A stretch of 64,000 bases of DNA from Octopus vulgaris (taxonomy: Eukaryota). A program made the translations under genes and the position numbers. The notes below the pieces were generated by a model that was given only the letters and a program-made list of their open reading frames with translations, was not told the DNA's origin and ran no database searches. Positions 1 to 13,790 of this stretch are shown here, in pieces. Each line of letters opens with the position of its first letter. Positions within the stretch are counted from its first letter, which is position 1. Location of the stretch: the NCBI GenBank assembly GCA_951406725.2, contig OX597817.1, positions 3,410,001 through 3,474,000 of the forward strand. Direction: 5' to 3'.

Positions 1-7
1 TGAAATT

Positions 8-64
8 CCACCACCCAGAAGAAATCAGTCACACCTTATGTGGTTGATTTCTTCTGGGTGGTGG
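8..64 (+). repeat. 26-bp stem hairpin (5-nt loop, two G:U pairs)
   Basis: ccaccacccagaagaaatcagtcaca (8-33) pairs with tgtggttgatttcttctgggtggtgg (39-64). Confidence 0.85.
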
Positions 65-1984
65 TGGTGGTGCTCTAGCATGACCAGAGTTATTTGGCTG
101 AAATGCTTTTACTCAAATAGGGTATTGAAGACTGCTTTATCCAATAAGTCCTTTTTTAAAAAGAAAATTAAAAAAACACAAACAATTTAGGGTATGATTT
201 AAAGGCCATTTGGCTGCAAAATCTAAAATGGAAAACAAAATTGGAACAGTATCATTTATCTCTCATCATTGTACCTGAGTTCAAAGCTACTTCCAAAGTA
301 AAAGAATTGAAATTATACTGTAAGAAAAGTGTTTTGTAATGTTTATTTAGATAACATTTCTGAAGTATTTCTCTCATTCCTTGTGATTTAATCATCATAC
401 AACAAAAGTTGTATCATATAGCATTTAACATATTTCTTAAGAAGCCACTATCTTGCTAAGCTTTAATTGAAGCCATCCCTGATATTGTAGTCTGTAGAAG
501 TGTCACATCTTTGCATTTTTTGCAAAGCATTTGAGATTGGGGAAGAAAAGAGAGGAATAAGACATTTCTTGTGTCACCGTAGCAGGGAGCAGCACATTAG
601 TATATAAAGATATCCTTAAACAAGAGGCTGTAGTCCAAATACTTGCAACTAATTGGTTTGCACTAAAAGCACTCACAGGTGTTAAAATAAGTAAAGCTGG
701 TGCATTTCTTTTGATGAATAATTTCATTCCCAAGGTCAACCTTGAACTATGATGATAGAAGACATTTGCCCAAAGTGTTATGCAGTAAGATCAAACCTGG
801 AGCCACACATGATTGCGAAGTAGTCTTTTTGATATAGCAGTATTGGCCCTTAGTAGAATTTCAGTTAAATTGATTGATTTACTATATCTAGTTTGGTAAT
901 AGTTTAGAATTCAAATCCCATTGGACTGGATTCACTCTCATCCTTCTGGAGTAGATTAAATAATTATCTTATATTAAATCCTATAACTATATTCTTGCTG
1001 TTTTGAAATAGTTGGCCTTGTGCCTACTTGCAAGAAATCAATATTTGCATAACTTCTAAATTAGTGTTGACAGCAAAAGAAAGTAGAAAGTATTAAGTAT
1101 TGATTATGATTCTTTATGTTTTTGTTTGACAGAATTAATAAAGAATAGATTAATCTTGTTTCATGATTGAAATTGAGATTGAACAAAGCTAAAATTTTTG
1201 TTTTCATTCTATAGAATAAGCAACAGTATCTTTTCTTATTGAAACAAAAAATTATTAATTAATCTATCATTATATATTAAATGATATTCAATTTTCATTT
1301 TAATATATAATCATATGTAAATTTATCATTTTCTGTTATGATAACAAAAAATTACTTAACCTTTTAAATGAAAATAAATGTCTTAGCTTTCTTTGTTCAA
1401 GATGACTTGATATTACTGCTTAGTTGAATAATTTCACTTATGTTACTAATTCTCTTGGGAAAAGCATGAATATCACAAGCTCACCTTTCATCTCTCCTAA
1501 AACAGGTTATTGTGGACAATGGATAATGATCAAATAAAGAAATAGCAAAGATTGATAACTCAGTTATCTCTTATTCCAACCTTCTTTTACTTTACTAAGC
1601 TGGTTGTTGTTATCTGCAGTGATTTGCTTTCACATGTAGAAGGATGTTACCTATAATCCGCTTTCACATTTTCTACATAAATCCTGTCCATATGCAACAT
1701 AAGTATGTTGCTCTAATTGTGAATATTCTCCATAAAAAGGAACTTCAAAACAAGCTGACAAGAGAACTTCTAAATAGTTGTTCACCCTGCTACTAGTAAC
1801 AGCTGAATGTCTTTTCGCTTAAACCCTACAATCTTAAAAAAGGGAAGTCTCATTGGATAATGTAGTTCCACATAAACAGAAAATAGGATGGCCATGGTTG
1901 GAATGGTTTGGGGCAGAGGTCTGCTCAGTTAAGCTAAACTAAACAACACCTACAATAATCTTGAAAACCTCTTTAGTTTCATTC

Positions 1985-2082
1985 AGTAATACTGATTTCA
2001 AATTTTGGCACAAGGCCAGCAATTTCGGGGAGGGGGTAAGTTCATTAGATTGACCCCAGTGCTCAACTGGTACTTATTTTAT
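1985..2082 (-). mobile_element. 3' fragment of tRNA-derived SINE family A (tail B type)
   Basis: ggcacaaggccagcaatttcgggg...gaccccagtgctcaactggtacttatttt resembles the tail at 20934-21030 and 51555-51650. Confidence 0.7.
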
Positions 2083-2084
2083 CA

Positions 2085-5000
2085 ACAGTAACAGCAACTA
2101 AAACAACAACAACAGCAAAATCAAAAGTTGTTGGAATTATTGTTGCTGTCCAAAAACACTTCAGGTTCATTTTTGGCAGAAGGGGTTACTAATTCAATTG
2201 AAGAATTTACTTATAATCCAGAAGAAGGGATTACATTTTCTGCATGCTTCAGAAGGTATGAAGGAATCTTCAAGGAAGAATGTAGAAACTGGACAGACAA
2301 GAAGAAGGTACGACTTCTTCTAAGGAAATTATCACCCACAGAACATGGAAAGTATTGTAATTACATCCTGCTGAGAAAACCATCTGAAATTTGTTTTGAG
2401 GAAACAATTAACCTGTTATCTAAAATATTCAGTGAAAGAAGTTCACTATTTAGTATTTGCTGGGAGTGCTTGAATTTGAAAAAAAGAGGAACTGAAGATT
2501 TTGCCACATATCCTGGAATCGTAAACAGAGCATGTGATAAATTTAAGCTAAGTAAATTAACTTTAGATATGTTCAAATGTCTAATCTTTGTACAAGAATT
2601 AATTACAAGCAAAGCTTCAGAGATATGGGCTTAGATATTGACAAAACTAGAACAGGATTTGAAATTAACTCTAGAGGCAGTGGTTGAAGAATGAATAAAT
2701 TTATGACCGGACACAGAAAAAAATTGAAAACGATTATTTAAATATACATAAGTGTCAACCTGTAACAGATAAGAAAAAAGAAAAGCAACAGTCAAGACCT
2801 AAACCTTGCTATGGGTGTGGAGAAATACATTTTAAAAGAAACTGTCCTTTTAAAAGTCAAAAATGTTTTGGATGTGGGAAAATCGGACATAAGAAATTTA
2901 CGTTGTTGGGTGAAACAAAAAAGGTCAAACGAAAAAAATTTGAGAAAAGAAGTATTACCAACGCAAAAGCAAAACGAGGCATTAAAAGAAAATTAGTCTC
3001 AATAAAAATGATGTGAATATGAGACTACAACTGGACGATGACTAACAATGATGCATGGATAAAAATAGGAAAGCTTATATTGGAAAACCTTCGAAAATTC
3101 AGAGAAGTATTTCAGGGAAACAATTGTGATTTTTGGGTGAAAAGATAAGTGAGGTGACATTTCGTGGAAAAACTTTCTAATTCAAAGTTTTTGTATTAAA
3201 AAATATGACAAACCTATTTTGCACAGACTGGATGGGACTATTTAATTTATGGGACCTCCTCATAAATACTTTGTGTAATTATGTAAACAGTTCTTACACC
3301 AGTCCAAATAAGACTTTGGAGGATTTTAAAAAAGAAATTAAAAAGACTTTTCCTGATGTTCTTTCTGAAGAATTTGGTAGGTGCACCAAGACAAAAGTAA
3401 AATCACAAGTGAAAGAAAATGCTGTATTGGTATTTAAACCGAAGAAGTGAGCTGTACCTTTCGTGGCGTTGAATCAAGTCAATGAGGAATTGGATAGACT
3501 TGAAAAGCTTGGAGTTATAGAAAAGGCTGATTATTCAGAATGGGCATCACCAACTGTTTATGCAAAGAAAAACCAAAAAATAAAATGTGAGTATGTGCTG
3601 ACTTTTTAACAGGATTGAATGAATATTTGAGGACAAACGATTCCTTAATACCAAGTCTGGAGGGAATTTTTGCGCAACTCAATAAAGAAAAACTTTTTTA
3701 GAGCTGGACTTGTCGGAGGTGTATTTACCGTTACAAGTCAAGTAGGAATGTTCGAAATTATTAATGATAAACAAAGGTCTATATAAATTCATCGACTTCC
3801 TTTTGGGATAAAAGTGGTACCTGGTATTTTCCAGCAGGTGATGGACATTATTCTTGCTGATACGGATTTCGCTATAGCTTACTTGGATGACATACTCATA
3901 AAAAGTGAGACTCAAGGCCAGCATGAGGAACATGTTAAAAATGTCCTTGAAAGAATAAAGGAGTATGGATTTAAACTTAGCGAGGGAAAATGCGAATTAT
4001 TCATGCCAGAATTAAAGTATTTAGGGCAAGTTATTGATAAAAATGCTTGCAGGCCTAAACCTTTAAGATGGACTGCAATAAAAAATATGTCTCTCCTGAT
4101 AACTATTACAATGTTACAAGCATTCTTGGGGCTCACAAACTATTACTAAGCATACATACTGAATATGCATGAGCTAAGAGCACCCTTAAACAACCTATTG
4201 GAAAATGACATTAAATGGAGTTGGTCAGACAGGTGCCAAAAAGCATTTGAAGAAATTAAAAAAGTTTTAACATCAGAACTGTCATTATCGCACTTTGATC
4301 CAAATTTTAAAATAGTTGTAGCATCAGATGCTAGTGGAAGTGATATAGGAACGGTAATTTTACACAAGTGTGAAAATGGTAGCTTAAAACCCATCGCTCA
4401 TGTTTCACATTCATTGTTGATGGCTGAAAAATACTACAACTAAATTGAGAAGAAGGCATTAGCCATTATTTTTGCAGTGAAGAGCATTTCGCAAATTCAT
4501 ACATGGAAGGAAATTCAGTCTGCAGACAGATTACCGCCCATTGTTGTCAATTTGCAGATTGAAAAAAGGGTATCCCCTTGCATATAACCAACTGATTGCA
4601 ATGATGGGGGATGATCCTGCTAAATTATGACTTTAAGATGGAATTTCTACCATTGAAAAAACTGGGACAGGCAGATGGACTGTCAAGAGTGATACCTAAA
4701 TACAATGAACTGTTAGGGGACACAGCAATATTGGCATTAAAAGCTGTAATTGAAATAAGAAATATACTCTACAACATAGTATGCAAACTATCTGTCACTT
4801 TAGAGGAAATAAAAATTAAAGCAGAGATGGATGTGTCCATAATAATGATAAAAATAGTGAAGTCAGAAACAAATAGAAAAATTCATGTAGCCGAGCATCA
4901 TGCAGTTTTGAAATGGTATTCGTTATACGATGACATACTTATGTATGCTCAGAAGGTTGTAATACCTGTTTCTTTGCAAAATCGTATGCTAAAAGAATTC

Positions 5001-5550
5001 CACTTGAGACATCCAGGAATTGTGAGAATGAAAGCACTGATGAGGAACTACGTTTACTGGTCGAATATGGATCAGGATATTGAAAAATTGGTGGCAAAAG
5101 CACCACCTATAAAAATTCGGTCTTGGCCCAAGACTGACATACCTTGGTCCAGATTACACATAGACTTTGCAGGACTGTTAAATGGAGGGTATTACCTAAT
5201 AGTTGTGGATAGTTACATGAAATGAACACAAATATGTAAATGTGGGATGCCAACCTCTAAAGTAACAATGGAATTTCTGTACGTACTTTTTGCACGATAT
5301 GGTGTCTCAGACACTACACTGTCTGATAACGGAACACAGTTCACGTTGAAGGAATTTAAAAACTTCTGCAAAATGCATGCAATGGAGTATATTATTACTC
5401 TGCCATACAAACCGAGATTGAATGAACTAGTGGAATGTTTTGTAGATACATTAAAGAGGGTATTGCAAAAATCTAGGAATGAGCTACTAGCTGATACTGC
5501 ATTGATACAATCCTTAAATTGCTACTGAATAACAACCTAACCCCAACACC
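2085..5550 (+). mobile_element. Degenerate Ty3/gypsy (Mag-like) LTR retrotransposon internal region: gag-PR-RT-RNaseH-IN; LTRs not seen
   Basis: gag ORF 2128-2634; double zinc knuckle CYGCGEIHFKRNC...CFGCGKIGH read from 2801; RT with YLDD (3814-4149); RNase H VASDAS (4165-4443); integrase HPGIVRMKALMR, RLHIDFAG and SDNGTQF (4611-5528); many stops and frameshifts. Confidence 0.93.
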
Positions 5551-5554
5551 AAGC

Positions 5555-5920
5555 CCAGCGCTTGAGAGGAACTCAGCCATTTTGCCTCTGTGAGGCCCAA
5601 CATTCAAAGGGTGTTCTTTATATGCCACCAGCATGGGTGCACTTGGTTTGATGGGTCCTTTCAGGCACTGCACATCACCAAAGGTCTCGGTCACCAGTCA
5701 TTGCCTTTGTGAGGCTCAAAGTTTGAAGATCATGCTTCACCACCTCATCCCATGACTTCCCGGGTCTGCCTCTACCACAGGTTCCCTCCACAGTTAAAGA
5801 TCAGCACTTCTTTACACAGCTGTCCTCGTCCATACACATCACATGACCATATCAGTGCAGTCGTCTCTCTTAGATACCACATCTGATTCCTGTTATGCCT
5901 AACTTTTCTCTCAAGATGCT
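5555..5920 (-). mobile_element. RTE-clade LINE 3' fragment (ORF C-terminus plus part of 3' UTR)
   Basis: Minus-strand translation ERRLH*YGHVMCMDEDSCVKKC*SLTVEGTCGRGRPGKSWDEVVKHDL matches RTE C-terminal RLRWFGHV...GRGRP..W motifs. Confidence 0.8.
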
Positions 5921-5921
5921 T

Positions 5922-5922
5922 A

Positions 5923-5988
<66 letters not shown>

Positions 5989-6033
5989 GGTCATTGTCTT
6001 CATTGTTGTTGCTGTCATCATCGTCATCATCAT
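5922..6033. repeat. (CAT)n microsatellite, probably the tail of a minus-strand RTE 3' end (6035-6160)
   Basis: Long catcat run followed by ccatgctagcatg, the same motif that precedes the (GAT)n tail at 7055-7100. Confidence 0.8.
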
Positions 6034-6299
6034 AATTTTAATGGCTAGTTATCCATGCTAGCATGAGTCAAATGGAGATTGACTTAGGCAAATTTCTATG
6101 GTAAAATGTTCTTCTGATAACCGACCTTCATGTGTTTCCAAGCAAGGCAATAATTTCCCCAAGTCTGGAGCATATTTTCATGGGAGATTGTGAAAAGTTG
6201 CACTGCTTGCATGAGGATTATGTTTGCTTTTCAATTAGCATGAGATGTTAAGACAAGCAGAAAGAAACATACACACCCGTGCACTTACATAATCACACA

Positions 6300-6470
6300 C
6301 ACACACACACACGCATCTGGCTCTTTTCATTCTCCACTGACCAAATTCACTCACAAAGCTTTTGTGGTGACCATGGTATAAAAAACTTTCTCAAGATGCT
6401 GTTCTGTGGGACTGAACCCAAAATTACTTGGGTGAGAAATGAGATTTTTAACTACACAACCACACCTGTA
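6300..6470 (-). mobile_element. Degenerate CORE-type SINE family C fragment
   Basis: caaattcactcacaaagc...gtgggactgaaccc...acacaaccacacctg resembles 45520-45665. Confidence 0.7.
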
Positions 6471-6659
6471 CTGCTGTTATATATTTTCAGATTATCTGAA
6501 TGGCAATTCAGCCTCTTGTGTCACAAAACATATTAGTAGTAACACCCTGCCCTTTTTATCAAATATTTTCTATTATAAAATTTATATAGTATTGTTGAGG
6601 GCCTCCTCTGCATAGGAAGCCACTATTGTTAAAATTTCCTTATACAGAAAATTAAGAGA

Positions 6660-7100
6660 AAGGCACCATTTGAGTGTGATCGTTACCAGCGTCGCCTTAC
6701 TGGCACTTGTGCCCATGCTAGTAGGGTGCCAAGAGCATCATCCGAGTGTGATCATCGCCAGAGTGGCTAACTGGCTTCCGTGCCGGTGGCACGTAAAAGG
6801 CACCATTTGAGCGTGATTGTTACCAGCGTCGCCTTACTGGCACCTGTGCCGGTGGCATGTGTAAAAAGATTCGAGCGAGGTCATTGCCTGTACCGCCTGA
6901 CTAGCCCCATGCCGGTGGCACGTAAAAGCACCCACTACACTCTCGGAGTGGTTGGCGTTAGGAAGGGCATCCAGCTGTAGAATCTCTGCCAGATCAAGAT
7001 TGGAGCCTGGTGCAGCCATCTTGTTCACCAGCCCTCAGTCAAAATCGTCCAACCCATGCTAGCATGGAAAGCGGATGTTAAACGATGATGATGATGATGA
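6660..7100 (+). mobile_element. RTE-family 3' UTR/tail element with an internal tandem duplication and (GAT)n tail
   Basis: aaggcaccatttgagYgtgatYgttaccagcgtcgccttactggcac occurs at about 6660 and 6797; cccatgccggtggcacgtaaaagcacc is shared with the 3' UTR of the 5555-5920 RTE; ends in gatgatgat. Confidence 0.75.
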
Positions 7101-9287
7101 AAACTAATCAGAGGATATTTGTGTTCACAAACTGGTGCACTGATTCTTCATAAATTCAACCACTGATTTCTAAATACTATCAAATTCAGCATTATTTTCA
7201 TTTCCAGAGCTACTTTATTCCATTCTACCATTTGACATTCCACTGTACTGTCTGACATACCCTTTTAAGTTTCTCTGAATCACTATCATCAGACATTAGG
7301 TGCTAGATAATGTATTTCATGATCAAACATCATTATATATTTCAGTAATCATGACTTTATAGTGATGTACTGAGCTACATACTCAGGCACACACATTACA
7401 TTCCATTATCTCTTGGTTTACACGCTAAAGAAAATATATTCTGTGACCTTCAAATATTAGCTAATATATCAAACCACGACAAAAAAAAAAAAAAATAATA
7501 ATAATGCTGTAGCCATTGAATGTCTTACTTTCTTATAGAAATATAAGATATTGTTATTATATCAAATTACTAAGCCCATAAATTCGTTGCTTCTAATTAG
7601 ACACTTTATCCTATTTAATTTTTGAATTTTTATTTTAAGGTGTCTGACAAACAAAGCATAATTCATGATATTCTAGCATCATTATACATTTCAAATAATT
7701 ATACACAACACACAATCAATTTGATATAATGTAATTTCAGAAATGTTTTTTCGTTTAAGGATCAGTTCACAAAATTTAAGTTTACAAGGAATGAAAAAAA
7801 AAAAAAAAAAATTAAGTGAATATATAAATTGGCAAAATGATTGAGAGTCATGAATAAATCGAAAAGGAAACCAGATATTAACCATAAGCAATCTCAAGAG
7901 ACTCATGATTTTAGGAAATAGTATTAAGATGTTGCACAGCATGCAAAAAATATAACGAATGAGATTTACCGAACTAAAGTATTAAGATTACGAGGCTATT
8001 TAATAGGTCATCAGTGGGCATTAGTTTAAAAATTCGTATTGTTACTTTTAATGAGAAAACGAAGATCACTGGACAGGTAGACTTTGGTTAATTTCTAATA
8101 ATTTGAAAATTTTATATAAAAAAAAAAGAGAAGAAAGATCATCGTCTCTTCAAGGAATAAAATATATAATTTAATATTTTCATACTAATATAAGGAGAAA
8201 TTTGTAAAACATGAATTAGAAAAACTTAAAAAATACTAAAGAAAATGCAGTTTAATGGCACTCCAAATTCATATTAATTAATTTTATGAAATTGTTACAA
8301 ATCTAAATTGTGTTTAGCATTCCAGTATATTGGATTGAATTGATTTTTTTTATTAAATAAATAGTATATATATTATCATAGCAAGCATTTTATTTTCAGT
8401 AAACCTTTTATTTTCATGTAATATACCTAACTGAATACTTAAACTGCTTTTCTATCTCTATCCTTTATACTTTAAGCTTGTATTATTTAATCAACTATAT
8501 TTTCGAAGCATTAGTTTGAGTCTTTTAAATGTAGGATCATTCATGTTTTAATTTTCTATAATCATTTTAGGAGGGATAGCTGTCCACTTACCTTCTCTCT
8601 CCTATCCCCCCCCCACCAAAGCATACATAATTTGCTCCCTTGGCAACTATCACTACCAGCCATGCATGCATGTATGTATAGATTTGTTGTTTAGATATTT
8701 ATGTGAGTGTGTGTGAGTGCATATAATATTTGTGTGGTGTCTGTATGTACACACCCCCACCAATGTCAATTTTCCACAACATTGCTTACTATGTGTCCCT
8801 TCCTTCTTCTGTCTCTCATCTGGGGCCACTTTAATGTTTAGTCGCCCCCTTCTTTTTCTTCTGCAGGTACATGGCCTAATAGTTTTAAGATTTAAGGGAA
8901 CAGTAATTCATTGAGTGGTAATATTTATATAATTGGACATGTGCAAGAATCTTCTGCCGGTAGGCAAGTGTTTATACAAACCTTATACTCAGGTTTTTTA
9001 AAACTGCTCCCCAGCTATCCACTTATTCTCCCTATCAAGTTCATAACTTTACAGAATCCACATTCGGTACATGCACTATGAAAACTAAGGCAGATGTGTT
9101 GAAATGCTCAAGTGCACGAGGAGAGACAACAGAAGATGACAGCAAAAAACAAAGGCATAAATTCTTGTGGGTGGGCAACAATGATACGATGAGCTGGAAA
9201 TGAAAGTATACTTTGGAGTGAGAAATGGATAGATAAGGTGATTGTGGCAGTGTGTGATAGGACAGCTAAGCTCAGATGTCTATTTCT

Positions 9288-9519
9288 TATTTCTTTATTG
9301 CCCACAAGGGGCTAAACATAGAGGGGACAAACAAGGATAGACAAAGGGATGAAGTCGATTACATTGACCCCAGTGCATAACTGGTACTTAATTTATCGAC
9401 CCCGAAAGGTTGAAAAGTAAAGTCGACCTTGGCGGAATTTGAACTCAGAACATAATGACAGACAAAATGCCGCTAAGCATTTCACCTGGTGTGCTAACGT
9501 TTCTGCCAGCTTTCCGCCT
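9288..9519 (-). mobile_element. tRNA-derived SINE family A monomer (tail A) with 16-bp TSD
   Basis: A-box tggcagaaacgtt and B-box gagttcaaattcc on the minus strand; TSD tcagatgtctatttct at 9272-9287 and 9520-9535. Confidence 0.9.
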
Positions 9520-9559
9520 TCAGATGTCTATTTCTGCATATCCCACTCAATCTAGACTG

Positions 9560-10244
9560 GTAGATGAATAGAAGAACTGATTTTATGAAGCCTTTTGCAG
9601 ATTACCCTAATGATGAATGGTAAGTTTATCATTATGGCTGGTGAGCAGCACTCTAAAGAATTCCATGGTGTACATTGAGTTACAGTTTGGATTCTAGAAA
9701 TGAAGAAGGAACAAGGCTGCAATGGATTTGATGATCTACTACACTAACTTTAGAAAAACAGCCAACCACTTGATTACCTATCTGGTGGATACACGTGCCA
9801 GATTGACTACATCCTCTCCAGGAGATGGCTGTGATTATGAAGTCAGTAACCCAACATTGGTTAGTGGCTAGTGATTATCAGATTTAGAGCTAGAAGGACT
9901 CAGAAATAGAAACTAGTCTGGGAAAGAGAGATAAGGAAGTTTAAAGTTCATTGAACATTCAAAAATTTAGATAAGTGTCAGATGAAGCATTTAATGCAAG
10001 GAGGAAGAACTAGAGATGCAAAACATAGAAAATGACTGGAGGTTTCTACCATAGAATCTACCGAGGGCTACAGAACAAATATGTGGCTGGTGTAAGGTTC
10101 CAGCCAGACATAGGTCGATGTGGTGTTGAAACAGTGAAGTAGACAGCCATAAAAGCAAAATGATAAGCTTGGCTTGAAAAGAGTGAACAAATCGGGACAA
10201 CAGGATTATACCAAGTAGCTAGAAGAAAAGCTAAGTGATATGTG
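9560..10244 (+). mobile_element. Degenerate RTE LINE fragment (endonuclease end/linker)
   Basis: Residual TYLSGGYTCQIDYIL, RATEQICGWCKVPARHRSMW and YQVARRKAK motifs broken by frameshifts. Confidence 0.65.
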
Positions 10245-10610
10245 TACGAAGACTGATCAATAAGTATCCGGACGGTTGCCATAGCAATGAAGCTAAAGCA
10301 CGGTGAGAGAATCACTTGGTACAGATTGACCTTGAACTTCGCTGTGTATAAACCATAAGTTTTAATATTTCTAGCTCACTTCTGCTGTTTACAGCAGTGC
10401 TCGGAAGGAACGTGTGTAGCATGTGATCATGACAGAGAAAGTTGTCATGGCGATACCTGCTCAGAGGCTGATGCAAGGTTGCAGAAAGTGTATGGAGAGG
10501 AGTGTATGAGCCACACACAAGTGTACGAGTGGTTCAGACGTTACCAAGATGGCCAAATAAATGTTGATACTGACGAACGTTCTGGGAGACCCACAACCAG
10601 CAGAACAAAG
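10245..10610 (+). mobile_element. mariner transposon 5' fragment (TIR plus HTH of transposase)
   Basis: TA-cgaagactgatcaataagtatccggac TIR-like start; MQKVYGEECMSHTQVYEWFRRYQDGQINVDTDERSGRPTTSRT is a mariner HTH. Confidence 0.85.
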
Positions 10611-11387
10611 AAAAGCACACACAAGGTGACAGAGGTACAAACACACGATCACACACACATACATAGAAAATACACACAAACACGGACATGCAACCACATG
10701 AATATGCAGAATGCATACAAATGCACACACATACAAACATACATACATATGCATACACACACATGTATACACACACACATGCATACATACATACATACAT
10801 GCATACATACATACATACACACATACATACATACGTACATGCATGCACGCATAGGCACACACGCACACACACTCACTGGACCACACACATGCGCACAAAC
10901 AAACAAAAGGGAACGCATTGTAAATAACGGTCAGAGTCAAGACAATTGAAAAGGTTGCAAGACGCAACGAAAATTTTAGAAAAATAAAAATAAGAAATAA
11001 GTGGAAATTTTACCGGTGAGTGTGTTAAATTATAAGGCACAAAAAGAAAATGACTCTCCCCAGAGACAACAGAATATACTTCAACACACGAAAGAATCTT
11101 GCAAACCAAATCCAAAGACGAAAATGTAAATATTTATATATATATATGTGTGTACATATATATGTATATATATATATACATATTTATATACATATAAATT
11201 ATATTTATATATATACACACATATACAGATATACATATTTATATAAATATTTATATATATATTTATTTATACATATATATTTATATATATATTTATTTAT
11301 ATTTATATATTTATATATATATGTATTTATGTATATATATATTTATATATACATGCATCTTTATGTATATATATATTTATATATATA

Positions 11388-12350
11388 ATTATCAGCAAAT
11401 CGTCAATGAAGAAGCAGACCGAGCTCAACTCCAGTCTGATCTATATGCTGTGAGTCAATGGGCAGAGAGAAACAAAATGCAACTGAACGAGGGAAAATTT
11501 GAGCTGATGCATTTTGGAAGAAATTCCTCACTAAAACAGCCATACTCTCTTCCTTCAGAGGGACCGCCAACAGCCTCTAACAATATGAGAGACCAGGGTG
11601 TAATTGTTGATGACGATCTCAGTTGGAGTGCACACAACAACAAGAAGGTCGATATAGCTCGTAGGATGAGTTCCTGGATCTTAAGAACTTTCCGGTCCAG
11701 AGAACAAGGTGTCATCATACCACTTTTCTCCTCCTTTGTACGGCCACACCTCGAATACTGCTGCCCACTGTGGTCTCCCCATACAAGACAAAACATCTCG
11801 AGGATTGAGTCACCCCAGTCACTAAACGAATTGAAGGCAAGGCTGCTCTCGATTATTGGGATCGCCTTAAAGCCTTGAAACTTTACTCTCTCCAGCGTCG
11901 CCGTGAGCGGTACATCATTTGTACGATGTGGAGAATATACCGCCAACTTTGCCCAAACGACCTGAACATTAGCTTCAAGGTTCATCCAAGACTGGGACCA
12001 CGGGCCATACGTCCCCTGCCCAATTCAAGATCACAGCATACATGTACACTGCAACATAATTTCTTTTCATCAACAGGCCCTGCCTCATTTTAACATTGTC
12101 CTGAAAGAGATCAAAGAGGAAAAGGATCCCATCAACTTTAAACGGAGTCTGGATAGATTCCTTCAAAGAATACCAGATAAGCCACCCATAATTGGATACA
12201 ACTCACCCAACAAGAACTCACTACTTGAATGGACCATAAACAAAACTTGACTTAAACAGGATTCGAATAATCCTATCAGGTGGTGCTATTAAGTTAAACA
12301 TGGCCTGGACCAATCTTTGGTCGAAACATATCTAAGTTTTATCTAAGTTT
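11388..12350 (+). mobile_element. 5'-truncated CR1-clade LINE (RT C-terminus, 3' UTR, tail) set in TA-rich repeats
   Basis: [23 protein letters not shown]...[15 protein letters not shown]; after a frameshift, [21 protein letters not shown]; tail (tatctaagttt)x2. Confidence 0.9.
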
Positions 12351-12351
12351 G

Positions 12352-12400
<49 letters not shown>

Positions 12401-12406
12401 TATATG

Positions 12407-12450
<44 letters not shown>

Positions 12451-12747
12451 TATATATATATATTATATATATATATATATATAAATATATATATATTTAT
12501 ATATATATATATAATTAAATATATATATATATATATAATTATATATATATGTTTATATATATAATTGAATATATATATATAATTATATATATATTTATAA
12601 TTATATATATAATTAAATATATATATATAATTATATATATATATTTATATATATAATTAAATATATATATATAATTATATATATAATTAAATATATATAT
12701 ATAATTATATATATATATATTATAATTATATATATATAATATATATA

Positions 12748-12798
<51 letters not shown>
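12351..12798. repeat. Imperfect (TA)n microsatellite
   Basis: Direct reading. Confidence 0.95.
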
Positions 12799-12801
<3 letters not shown>

Positions 12802-12991
12802 TAAAACCATAGCACTTAAAAGGCAAACAACGCAGGCAAAAGAGAAAGAAATGACGACAATCATTCTACATTAAGTCACCTACGGACGTACGTTCTGAAA
12901 CGTACGTCCGTAGGTGACTTAATGTAGAATGATTGTCGTCATTTCTTTCTCTTTTGCCTGCGTTGTTTGCCTTTTAAGTGCTATGGTTTTA

Positions 12992-12994
<3 letters not shown>
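12799..12994. repeat. Perfect 96-bp-arm palindrome (4-nt spacer) inside (TA)n; probable Penelope-like pLTR fold-back
   Basis: 12799-12894 is the exact reverse complement of 12899-12994; the centre carries GAAACG-tacgtc-CGTA, the 3' half of a hammerhead. Confidence 0.85.
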
Positions 12995-13058
<64 letters not shown>

Positions 13059-13164
13059 ATATATATATATATATATAATTATATATATATAATATATTTA
13101 TATATATAACATATTTATATATAATTATATATATATTTATATCGTTATATATATATTTTTTTAT

Positions 13165-13402
13165 GCGCCCTTTTAAATCCTAGCCAGGCTCATGGGCCCG
13201 GTTTCCCGGTTTCAATGGCGTATGTGTTCCCCAGCTGGACGGGACGCCAGTACATCGCAGCGTTACTCATTTTTGCCAGCTGAGTGGACTGGAGCAACGT
13301 GAAATGAAGTGATTTTCTCAAGAACACAACGGTCCAAGGACTAAAACTACAATCTTACGATCATGATGCTGACACCCTAACCACTAAGGCACGCGCCACC
13401 AC
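13165..13402 (-). mobile_element. tRNA-derived SINE related to family B
   Basis: ccctaaccactaaggcacgcgcc head; tail agccaggctcatgggcccggtttcccggtttc shared with 18400-18480. Confidence 0.8.
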
Positions 13403-13526
13403 TATATATATTTACACGCACACACACATATTTATATCTATATATTTATATATATTTATCTGTATATATATTTGTATATATATATATTTATATCTATATA
13501 TATTCATATATAGATTTATATATATG

Positions 13527-13588
<62 letters not shown>

Positions 13589-13751
13589 TTTGATTTTGAT
13601 TTGATTTTTCCAGTTTCAGCTTATGAGCTGTGGCCATGCTGGGGCACCGCCATTATATATATATATATATATATATATATTAGTTACTATTTATTATTTG
13701 ATTGAACGTCACGCATCCATTTCGAAGTATATATATGCGAGTGCGTGTGTA

Positions 13752-13790
<39 letters not shown>

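Noticed and set aside
503-739. 78-aa ORF and other short non-repeat ORFs as host exons
   Set aside because: No recognisable domain or convincing splice-site pair; small exons cannot be excluded without RNA data
2085-5550. Gypsy element as active or domesticated
   Set aside because: Multiple stops and frameshifts in every domain, and no LTRs or PBS found
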